Part shown: piece by piece, positions 19,427-26,721 of the stretch
Layout: every line of letters begins with the position of its first letter
How positions within the stretch are numbered: the first letter of the stretch is position 1
Virus record (IMG/VR): IMGVR_UViG_2778260996_000006
Strand: one strand, 5' to 3'
Origin: a virus
Lineage: Duplodnaviria > Heunggongvirae > Uroviricota > Caudoviricetes
DNA length: 26,721 nucleotides
Translations under genes and position numbers: made by a program
The notes under the pieces: generated by a model
Database searches by the model: none
Told to the model about the DNA's origin: nothing
The model's input: the letters and a program-made list of their open reading frames with translations, nothing else

Positions 19427-19849
19427 TTATGCCGCCGAGCAGCTCCTACGCAAAGTCCTGATAGCCTGAGGCTTTGACTGAACCGACTGATCCATTTCGA
19501 GCACCACATCCAGCATGGCTAAGCAACCGTCAATAAATCCCTCTGCCGCCTGAAGCCTCTTCAGAACGTGGGTGTGAGATACGCCGAGCTTCTCACCCAT
19601 CGCCCGCACGGGCATGGCCTGGACGTAATGCCACTCAAGGAGCGTGCACAGATACGGATCTTTTTTCTTCAGGCAGCTCATAGCGGAGTTGATGATAAGA
19701 CCGTCATTGTCACTGCATTTCAGCCTTCCAGACTGCGTCGCGGGTAGCAGATTCTTAAACCCGGCTGCAACAGGAGGAAAGTAGACGCTACCACCTTCAC
19801 TCGCTGCCCAGCCACCCCAGCGCTCTAAAACCTGTTGAATATTACGCAT
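19427..19849 (-). CDS. Q: late-gene antiterminator Q (140 aa)
   Basis: Close resemblance to enterobacterial prophage Q/QuuD proteins as recalled (QQVLERWGGWAA..., VAAGFKNLL, LKRLQAAEGFIDG); positioned upstream of lysis genes. Confidence 0.85.
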   Translation of the reverse strand: MRNIQQVLERWGGWAASEGGSVYFPPVAAGFKNLLPATQSGRLKCSDNDGLIINSAMSCLKKKDPYLCTLLEWHYVQAMPVRAMGEKLGVSHTHVLKRLQAAEGFIDGCLAMLDVVLEMDQSVQSKPQAIRTLRRSCSAA

Positions 19850-19978
19850 AGCTCTGACCTCTACGTTTTGCTACGAAAAAATTTTCTGAGAACCACGTCT
19901 GTTTATCCGTGGGTGTGGATAACGCAGTTCCGATTCGCTTATTACACGCTGTTATGTGCAAAAAATTCCTTGTTCGGC

Positions 19979-20150
19979 CTGTACCAATCTGTACCCACCT
20001 GTACCAGCTCTTTTCAAACCTTTTCCCCAAGCGACTTATATATATATATGGGGTTCTTAGTAATTAGGTTGGTACAGATGGTACAGTTGGTACTGACCTT
20101 TAAATTCAATTAGTTAAAATGTACCAACCTCTATTTTGAGGCTGGTACAG
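19979..20150. promoter_or_regulatory. putative replication origin: CTGTACC/GGTACAG iterons flanking a (TA)n tract
   Basis: Three CTGTACC at 10-bp phase (19979, 19989, 19999), TATATATATATAT at 20037-20049, three GGTAC(A/T)G at 9-bp phase (20071, 20080, 20089), further copies at 20120 and 20144. Confidence 0.45.
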
Positions 20151-22323
20151 GTTGGGACACCGCCTCAAAAATTCGAGTCATTTTCCCCCCAATTCGCCTT
20201 TGGGCACGCTTATACCCGCAATTTTGCAAAACATTACTAATTCGCATTTCTTCGCGTTTTCCGATGCGGTCAGGATTTAGCCCAATCGCATCACGCAAAA
20301 CATCACTTGCGCGTAAAAATTCGCAATTTCGCGGAAGTTCATTAGTCATCAGGTCTGGCGTGTCGAGCCATTTCTCTACCGTTTCAAGCCAAGCATCCTT
20401 GATGGTGTACTGTTCATGGACACTCGCTGCCAGTTGTTCAGCCTCACGGAACTGGATACCCCCCAGACGCTGAAACACCTCACGAGCCTCAGCCCAAAGT
20501 AAAAGGAGATCTCTTTTTATCGCTTTCACGTCGACTTTCGACACTTCCACGGGGAGCCAGCGACGGTTACCAGTCTTGTCCGCAAGGAATTCGTCCTCAT
20601 TGGTGGTACCAACGAACACCAGGCGACGAGGAAACTGGGTGGCGAACTCCCGGTATTTCGGGATCCAGTTTTCGTGAGTACGCGTCACAAACGCTTTGAT
20701 TGACTCCAGCTCTTTGGTATTAAGTCCGCGCAGTTCACCAATCTCTGCCACCAGCCGACCACGCATTTTTCGAGCGAGATCATCGTCTTTTTCGGCAAAA
20801 GAGATTTCAGTAAAAAACGCAGGATCAGGGCTCAGTGCCTCCACTCCGGAAGACTTACCGCAGCCCTGCGGACCAACGAGGATCGGCACCATATCCGCTT
20901 TGATGCCTGGCTCCAGTACTCGCCCCGCCAACGCGGTCCACATGTACATAGACACCGCACGGGTATAAGGCGTGTCGGCTGTACCGAAGTGCGTATGGTA
21001 GAAACATTCGATGCGCGGCACGCCATCCCACTCCAGCCCGTTCAGCCAGGTAATCGCTGAATCGAATGGTTGTTCATCGGCTGCAAGTAACACCACATCG
21101 CGAATAAGTTCACGACCAACAGGTTTAAATCCCCGCTTTTCCATCGTGATGCGCAGGCGCGCATAATCCGCATCGGTGAATGCTCGCCATTGTCCGGATC
21201 CTGCAGAGGCAAACATGATTTCGTCGCGGAACTGGTCAAAGCGAATATCGATGTCCACAAAATCAGGGCGTACTACTGCTTTGGCTGCGTTGCTGATGGT
21301 TGCCTCGATACGCCCCCATTTATCACGCTCGAAAGCAGGCAGCGGTAAAGGTTCCGCCACTTCGGTGCTGGTCAGATCTTCGAAATCGTCGTTGCGGATC
21401 CCGATGGCATTAAGGAAATCTCCGTCATCACGATGCGCACAACTGGCATGCAGGCATTTAAAATGCCCCTGCTCAAAGCCCGCGGTTCCCGCAGGAAAAT
21501 AAGCTGTGCTTGTTGGATCGCCCCCGCTACTGTGGCCGTCTTCAAACGGACAGCGGATATATCGTTCACCATTTGCGCCATCCAGCAGCGTCCAGCCATT
21601 GGCATCAAGATATTCAGCTGTATCATCCGTCGCGCCGGGCGTGAATGCTGATCGGTCGCGCATCTTCGTGTTGCCCGCTTCGGTGGTTACCGACACAGGG
21701 AGTTGTTCAGCCAGGCGCTGCCACAGCGTTTCAAGCTGCTCACCAGTAATAGCCGGAGGTTCATCCGGCAAACCACCGTCCCATTCAATACGCGCGCCGC
21801 TGCTGTGCGTACCACAGGCAACGAACTGCTGCCCGTTCGCCAGCAACTCGATAATGCCCATATCCCCCGCCAGGCGATGGATACGCTTACAGAAATCACC
21901 ATCAACGGCCAGCAGATACAGACACTTATTACTGTTTGCTCGCCAGCGTCGCGGCGGCAACTCCCCCAGAAGTTGCACAAGCGTTTTGCGAATATCTGCC
22001 TGAATGTCTTCATCTTCGCTATCGCAGTCCAGCGCCAGCCAGCCATGGCCTGTACGCACGCAGATGCCATAATCCGGTTCATTCGACCAGCGGGCAAAAT
22101 CATGCTCAGTAACAACATACCCGGTCCATTGAGCAATACCGGTGACCTGGCGGTCCCGGTTATAGCGACTTGGCGTCTTACCCAGCGCTTTCAGTTTACT
22201 ATCAGGGGATATGGTCGCACCGGGGTTACATACAACTGGGAGAAGATGATCAGTTCTCCCCAATACCAGGTCGAAATGAAACCACTCATCAGGCGTAGCT
22301 CCCCATGGTTTGCTATCGGACAT
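20131..22323 (-). CDS. replication primase/helicase, P4-alpha-like (730 aa)
   Basis: N-terminal primase-like region and C-terminal P-loop (GPQGCGKSS) with D5/P4-type NTPase features; adjacent to the iteron array. Confidence 0.75.
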   Translation of the reverse strand: MSDSKPWGATPDEWFHFDLVLGRTDHLLPVVCNPGATISPDSKLKALGKTPSRYNRDRQVTGIAQWTGYVVTEHDFARWSNEPDYGICVRTGHGWLALDCDSEDEDIQADIRKTLVQLLGELPPRRWRANSNKCLYLLAVDGDFCKRIHRLAGDMGIIELLANGQQFVACGTHSSGARIEWDGGLPDEPPAITGEQLETLWQRLAEQLPVSVTTEAGNTKMRDRSAFTPGATDDTAEYLDANGWTLLDGANGERYIRCPFEDGHSSGGDPTSTAYFPAGTAGFEQGHFKCLHASCAHRDDGDFLNAIGIRNDDFEDLTSTEVAEPLPLPAFERDKWGRIEATISNAAKAVVRPDFVDIDIRFDQFRDEIMFASAGSGQWRAFTDADYARLRITMEKRGFKPVGRELIRDVVLLAADEQPFDSAITWLNGLEWDGVPRIECFYHTHFGTADTPYTRAVSMYMWTALAGRVLEPGIKADMVPILVGPQGCGKSSGVEALSPDPAFFTEISFAEKDDDLARKMRGRLVAEIGELRGLNTKELESIKAFVTRTHENWIPKYREFATQFPRRLVFVGTTNEDEFLADKTGNRRWLPVEVSKVDVKAIKRDLLLLWAEAREVFQRLGGIQFREAEQLAASVHEQYTIKDAWLETVEKWLDTPDLMTNELPRNCEFLRASDVLRDAIGLNPDRIGKREEMRISNVLQNCGYKRAQRRIGGKMTRIFEAVSQPVPASK

Positions 22324-22326
22324 GGG

Positions 22327-22539
22327 TTAAGCCTTTTTATCGTTTTGTGAGCCATACAACAGCCAATTAGGGTCGCAATCCAATGCTATAGACATTTCAA
22401 GAAGATAACGTGGCCGAGCAATAACACCACTTTCAATTCTGTTTATTGCCTGCTGGCTCACTCCTGTGAGCTCAGCCAACGTAACTTGCGTCATTTTGAG
22501 TTCTTTACGTCGTTCTTTTACTCGGGTCGCTAAGGTCAT
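22327..22539 (-). CDS. cro: Cro-like HTH repressor (70 aa)
   Basis: Start trimmed to ATG 22539 (GAGGTGA 7 nt upstream); XRE-type HTH; divergent from CI; about 60% identical to the CI N-terminal domain. Confidence 0.8.
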   Translation of the reverse strand: MTLATRVKERRKELKMTQVTLAELTGVSQQAINRIESGVIARPRYLLEMSIALDCDPNWLLYGSQNDKKA

Positions 22540-22659
22540 TGCTTTCACCTCATACAATTTTAGTGGTATTTAGCAACAACAAATGAGGTTTGTCAAATAC
22601 AACAAAAATTGTTTTTAATGTGGGTATACACATTAATACAACCCAGAAGGACTAATCCC
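22540..22659. promoter_or_regulatory. cro/cI divergent promoter-operator region (OR-like)
   Basis: Palindrome TTAATGTG-N6-CACATTAA at 22615-22636; repeated ATACAA-N6-T(T/G)GT(A/T)T sites at 22552-22569 and 22597-22614. Confidence 0.5.
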
Positions 22660-23283
22660 ATGTCTCTCGCAGCCCGTTTTAAAGCACGTCGTTTGGAATT
22701 AGGAATGACTCAAGTGGAAGTAGCGAATTCTGCAGGGGTTAGCCAACAATCCATAGAATCCATCGAAAGTGGACGAACCAGAAAGCCACGCAATCTTCTG
22801 GATCTGGCTAAGGCCTTGAAATGTAGCCCAGACTGGCTACTGAACGGTAAAAATATTATGCCTCTCGCGGAGATAAGTACCAGACGCATACCTATATTAA
22901 GTTACGTTCAGGCAGGAGAGCTTACAGAAGCAAGAGACATAACAGATCTGACAGGGGAATTTGAATATATTTTGGCAGACTCTGACATTCCAGAAACATG
23001 CTTCGCATTACGTATTGATGGCGACAGCATGCAACCAGAGTTTAAAGAAGGAGACATTGTTATCATCGATCCTGATCTATGTCCTGCACCAGGGGAGTTT
23101 GTTGTCGCCAAAAACGACGGTCACGAAGCTACATTTAAAAAATACCGTCCATTAGGAATCGGCATCGACGACTTTGAATTAATCCCCCTAAATCCTGATT
23201 ACCCTATTTTTCGTAGTGCAGATATGAACTTACAGATCATAGGTGTAATGATCGAACACCGTATTTACCGCCGTAAACGTTAG
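22660..23283 (+). CDS. cI: CI-type prophage repressor (HTH + S24 LexA-like peptidase)
   Basis: Start trimmed to ATG 22660 (AAGGA RBS); N-terminal HTH; Ala-Gly site (VQAGEL); Ser (GDSM) and Lys (ATFKKY) catalytic dyad. Confidence 0.9.
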   Translation: MSLAARFKARRLELGMTQVEVANSAGVSQQSIESIESGRTRKPRNLLDLAKALKCSPDWLLNGKNIMPLAEISTRRIPILSYVQAGELTEARDITDLTGEFEYILADSDIPETCFALRIDGDSMQPEFKEGDIVIIDPDLCPAPGEFVVAKNDGHEATFKKYRPLGIGIDDFELIPLNPDYPIFRSADMNLQIIGVMIEHRIYRRKR

Positions 23284-23302
23284 TATTCCCACCGTAAATA
23301 TC

Positions 23303-23348
23303 GGGAGGCGTAACAGCCTCCCTTACCCCATTTGTAAAGTCTTACAAA
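23303..23348 (+). promoter_or_regulatory. stem-loop after cI (GGGAGGC-GTAACA-GCCTCCC) plus 18-bp palindrome TTTGTAA-agtc-TTACAAA (OL-like)
   Basis: Read directly; third ATACAA-N6-TTGTAT site at 23418-23435 lies just downstream. Confidence 0.35.
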
Positions 23349-23605
23349 TTAAATTCACTTAAATATCAATAAAGTAGTATTCACACCCCACAAAATACCA
23401 CGTTTGCGGTTTACACAATACAACTCAAATTGTATCTTTAGCCACAAGTCGAACGGCGCGACTCTAAACCATGCGTCGGGACCGTGGCGGGACAGGATGT
23501 CGGCAATACGGGTCAGTAAGTTCCCTTTGGGGTGCGGCGAAGCACTGCCTACTGATACAAGTCGAAGCCGCCGAACCACCAAAGTGAACTGAATGAGGAA
23601 ACGGC

Positions 23606-23800
23606 GTGAAAACATATAAACCGCTCAAAGGTGAATGCCCTGCTTGCCAAACACAGCTTCAGACACCAAAGCCAAAACGATACCAAATCAACGAATGTTA
23701 TGAGCACTGCCCTGGATGTGGTGCTTTCCTGCATACCATTGCAACGCACTGGCGTGTCCGCTTCAACCTTGTGGTACCACGTACGCACAATACCAACTGA
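23606..23800 (+). CDS. small zinc-ribbon protein (64 aa), candidate early regulator
   Basis: GTG start with GAGGAAA RBS; CPAC ... C-x3-C-x2-C cysteine arrangement; first gene downstream of cI in N-like position. Confidence 0.5.
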   Translation: MKTYKPLKGECPACQTQLQTPKPKRYQINECYEHCPGCGAFLHTIATHWRVRFNLVVPRTHNTN

Positions 23801-23831
23801 ATCATCCATGTAATTGCTGTGTGTAGTCTTT

Positions 23832-23857
23832 GCCCGCCGCAAGTGACGGGCTTTTTT
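23832..23857 (+). terminator. intrinsic terminator after the zinc-ribbon gene
   Basis: GCCCG-N10-CGGGC hairpin followed by TTTTTT. Confidence 0.5.
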
Positions 23858-23916
23858 ATGTCTGAAAGCGCACTCGCAACAGCGCGCTCCCCGATATGAA
23901 AAAAGGAATACAACCG

Positions 23917-24066
23917 ATGAAACCTGAACACCTCTATCGACTGACGGGGCGCGATGTTCTCCGTTATCGCCGTAAAAACTTCGATTTGATGACCGGTCTG
24001 GCCGTTGCCACTGCGCTCGGTCTGATCATCACTTTCATTCTCCTTGTTGCGAGGACCACAGTATGA
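23917..24066 (+). CDS. small membrane peptide (49 aa, C-terminal TM helix), translationally coupled to next gene
   Basis: ATG 23917; C-terminal LAVATALGLIITFILLV; stop overlaps next start in ATGA; below ORF-track cutoff. Confidence 0.45.
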   Translation: MKPEHLYRLTGRDVLRYRRKNFDLMTGLAVATALGLIITFILLVARTTV

Positions 24067-24965
24067 GTTTAGAAACCAGTCTCGAACTTAATAATCAACT
24101 TCTGGCACAACATAATGCGCTGCTTGAACGTCTTATCCGCACAATGGCATCAGGTATTGTTATGCATCCTGACACGATTTCACGAGTGCAGGAATGTCGG
24201 GATACAGCAACTGAAACTGAAAATATGTCAGCGGCAATGACACTGGATGATCTGGAGTTCAGCGACGTTATCGCACTGGCTGGTTTCTACCCGGTAGCCA
24301 CCCCTATCACAGAAGACATGCTGCAACGTGCTGTTGCCTACCGTGATGCTGAAGGCGATAAACGAGTAGTTCAGATTGATCCTCTCGACAGCGCATTGCA
24401 GGGCGTCAAACGAGCCAGGGCACTGCATAAACCCGCTCTTCTGGACCTGTCCCGTAACATTCTTAAGTTCTGGGACGACCTGCCAACCATCGGCGAGCGA
24501 CGTGCTTTTGCCGAGCAACTACTTGATGCACCTGCAGATGGGCGTGATGAAGTTAAGCCGAAAAAGGCCAGTAACAAAGATGGAGAACGCACGGGGCCGT
24601 TTTACGTCAAAAATGTATCCGGCACAGCAGCCAGTGAACTCCACACCTTACGCAAGTTGAACGAGATGCTTAAAAAAGGCCATATCGAGATCAACCGTGT
24701 TGAGTACCTTCAGCTGCAGGAAGAATTTGCACGCAGAGACGCAGCAAATTCCAGCCAGAATAATGACGCCAAAGATGACCATACAATTGATTTCGCGGCA
24801 CTACGCAAACAAGCTGAAGGGTTGATCCTCCAGTTAGCAAAAGGGGGTTACCGGGCAGAAGCTATTGCAATTCTGGAAAAACAGGGAGCCAGGAAACTTG
24901 GTGAAGTAACGGATGAAAATCTCGCTGAAGTAATCACCCTGGCTGAAAAAGCACTGGAGGGTTAA
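24063..24965 (+). CDS. hypothetical early protein (300 aa), function unknown
   Basis: ORF track; uniform coding-like composition; no motif recognised. Confidence 0.65.
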   Translation: MSLETSLELNNQLLAQHNALLERLIRTMASGIVMHPDTISRVQECRDTATETENMSAAMTLDDLEFSDVIALAGFYPVATPITEDMLQRAVAYRDAEGDKRVVQIDPLDSALQGVKRARALHKPALLDLSRNILKFWDDLPTIGERRAFAEQLLDAPADGRDEVKPKKASNKDGERTGPFYVKNVSGTAASELHTLRKLNEMLKKGHIEINRVEYLQLQEEFARRDAANSSQNNDAKDDHTIDFAALRKQAEGLILQLAKGGYRAEAIAILEKQGARKLGEVTDENLAEVITLAEKALEG

Positions 24966-24967
24966 TC

Positions 24968-26269
24968 ATGCCAGACGTTCATGCACAACTTTCTCCATCA
25001 TCAGCGCATCGATGGATGCGCTGCCCAGGAAGTCTGGCGCTGGAGGCCACACAACCGGATAAAGAAACAACTTTTGCAATCGAGGGCACTGCAGCGCACG
25101 CGCTTGCTGAAAAAGTTCTACGAAACAGGCAAAGCCACCCGGAACACTACGCCGGATGCAATGTTTCTATGTTTCTCGGCTCATACCCCCTTCGCGAAAA
25201 TCCTGATGATACATCTGGCCCACAGGTGGATGATGAAATGGTCGAAGCCGTTGGCCGGTATGTTGATACGGTCTGGACTCTTGCACAGAATAATGAACTA
25301 TTGGTTGAACAACGTGTTGATTTCTCACATATAACGGGGGTGGAAGAATCTTTCGGAACTGCCGACGGCATAATCATCGCTGGTAACGAATTACAAATCC
25401 ACGACCTGAAATATGGCAAAGGCGTCCGCATTGATGCAGAACAAAATGAGCAACTACAACTGTATGCTCTGGGTGCGCTCGAACAATTCAGCATGCTGTA
25501 TGACTTTGAGACTGTAAGATTATTTATTCACCAGCCAAGGCTCAACCACGTTTCAGAATGGTCGTTAACCGTACAGGAACTTCAGTCTTTCGGTGAACGG
25601 GCACAGGAGGCCGCAACCAGTGCGATCCTTGTTCTCAATATTGCTGAATGCGAAGGCATTGAGACACTACCGCTGGAAAACTTCATACCTGGAGAAAAAC
25701 AGTGCCGCTTCTGTAAAGCAAAAGCTATTTGCACTGCCCAGAAAATGCAGCATTTACAAACAGCGGCCAGCGATTTTGAAGATCTGACAAAGCCTGTCAG
25801 CGAAATAATCACCAATGCCAGCGCACGTGTACCTCTGTTAACCATTGAGCAGCTTGCGGAGATCTATAGCCAGGCCGACTTTATTGAATCCTGGCTAAAG
25901 GCAGTACGGGACCGGGTTCACAATGAACTCAATGCCGGACATCCGGTACCGGGGTTTAAACTGGTAACAGGAAAACAAGGTAACCGGGCCTGGAGTGATG
26001 AAGAGGCAGCTCGCGCACTTCTGAAGGACCAGTTCAGGTACAAAACTGAAGAAGTATTCGACTTTAAACTTATTAGTCCCACAAAAGCCGAAAAACTTAT
26101 CAAAAAGGCCAGTCCACGCCGTTGGTCAAAAGTCGAGGCACTGATAACACGAGCTGATGGTAAACCAACCGTCATTCCCGAGTCAGACCCACGCCCCGCA
26201 CTCAATATCAACCCTGTAAATGATTTCGACGACGTATCCGACGATACGCTAACCGCAGACCTCATCTGA
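24968..26269 (+). CDS. PD-(D/E)XK nuclease, Cas4/RecB-like with Fe-S Cys cluster (DUF2800-like)
   Basis: N-terminal [14 protein letters not shown]; catalytic-like GTADG ... [10 protein letters not shown]-terminal C-x2-C-x5-C cluster. Confidence 0.75.
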   Translation: MPDVHAQLSPSSAHRWMRCPGSLALEATQPDKETTFAIEGTAAHALAEKVLRNRQSHPEHYAGCNVSMFLGSYPLRENPDDTSGPQVDDEMVEAVGRYVDTVWTLAQNNELLVEQRVDFSHITGVEESFGTADGIIIAGNELQIHDLKYGKGVRIDAEQNEQLQLYALGALEQFSMLYDFETVRLFIHQPRLNHVSEWSLTVQELQSFGERAQEAATSAILVLNIAECEGIETLPLENFIPGEKQCRFCKAKAICTAQKMQHLQTAASDFEDLTKPVSEIITNASARVPLLTIEQLAEIYSQADFIESWLKAVRDRVHNELNAGHPVPGFKLVTGKQGNRAWSDEEAARALLKDQFRYKTEEVFDFKLISPTKAEKLIKKASPRRWSKVEALITRADGKPTVIPESDPRPALNINPVNDFDDVSDDTLTADLI

Positions 26270-26284
26270 TTTAAGGAAATACCC

Positions 26285-26662
26285 ATGAAACTGAAGCTGA
26301 ACAATGTTCGTCTGGCCTTCCCGTCTCTGTTTGAAGCTAAAACTGTAAACGGCGAAGGCGATCCGCGTTTCTCCGCAGTATTTTTAATGTCTCCCAAACA
26401 CCCACAACTGGAAGAAATCCGTAAAGCTATGAAGCAGGTAGCGAAGGAAAAATGGGGAGAGAAGTGGGAGCCCATTTATAACCAGCTGGAGAAAAAACTC
26501 AATCTGTGCCTGCATGATGGTGATGAAAAAGCAGAGTATGAAGGCTTCCCCGGTAATTTCTTCCTGAATGCTGCTAACAAAGCGCGCCCAGCTGTTCTTG
26601 ATCGCGATCGTTCGCCACTTATTCAGGCTGACGGACGTCCCTATGGTAAGCGTACAGCCTGA
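26285..26662 (+). CDS. DUF2815-like putative ssDNA-binding protein (125 aa, possibly C-terminally truncated)
   Basis: N-terminal VRLAFPSLFEAK resembles DUF2815 proteins as recalled; pairing with the upstream nuclease. Confidence 0.55.
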   Translation: MKLKLNNVRLAFPSLFEAKTVNGEGDPRFSAVFLMSPKHPQLEEIRKAMKQVAKEKWGEKWEPIYNQLEKKLNLCLHDGDEKAEYEGFPGNFFLNAANKARPAVLDRDRSPLIQADGRPYGKRTA

Positions 26663-26721
26663 ACCGTCTGGTCAGAATCTGACGAATTAGACAAAGTGGT
26701 GTCCACCAAATAAGTAGTGGG

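Noticed and set aside
22540-22557. ORF-track start of cro at 22557 (MYEVKA...)
   Set aside because: The sequence GAGGTGA within this extension is a strong SD for the ATG at 22539; the upstream ATG has no SD
22609-22659. ORF-track N-terminal extension of CI (MFLMWVYTLIQPRRTNP)
   Set aside because: Extension overlaps operator palindromes and lacks an RBS; ATG at 22660 has AAGGA at ideal spacing
23540-23585. Possible tRNA (sequence ending ...GCCGCCGAACCACCA)
   Set aside because: No acceptor-stem pairing and no T-loop (GTTCRANYC) or D-loop consensus
23355-23615. Minus-strand 86-aa ORF between cI and the zinc-ribbon gene
   Set aside because: Covers the palindrome and repeat-rich OL-like region and runs antisense into the zinc-ribbon start; no RBS
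1-26721. CRISPR array, integrase/recombinase or IS transposase
   Set aside because: No repeat-spacer periodicity and no ORF with recombinase or transposase motifs; the inverted end similarity is not accompanied by a transposase

Overview
This window reads as a nearly contiguous slice of a temperate tailed-phage (prophage) genome from an enterobacterial host. Minus strand, right to left: cro-like repressor, a P4-type primase/helicase, an iteron/AT-rich candidate origin, antiterminator Q, a late leader with an intrinsic terminator, the lysis cassette (dual-start holin, lambda-R-like endolysin, Rz with embedded Rz1), small and large terminase, portal, MuF-like head morphogenesis protein, protease/scaffold, major capsid, head-tail connectors, sheath-like and tube-like tail proteins, a tail chaperone with a programmed -1 frameshift, tape measure and distal tail proteins. 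Plus strand: a CI-type repressor (HTH + S24 peptidase) divergent from cro, then a small zinc-ribbon protein, a 49-aa membrane peptide coupled to a 300-aa unknown protein, a Cas4/RecB-like nuclease and a DUF2815-like protein. Most notable: (1) an AT-rich three-gene cargo cassette with its own terminator inserted at the end of the tail operon; (2) a perfect 439-bp tandem duplication that frameshifts a distal tail gene; (3) a chaperone frameshift and an embedded Rz1 that the ORF track misses; (4) an iteron array; (5) diverged inverted homology between the two window ends. No integrase, tRNA or CRISPR array is visible. All functional calls rest on motif and synteny recognition by eye, not on database searches.
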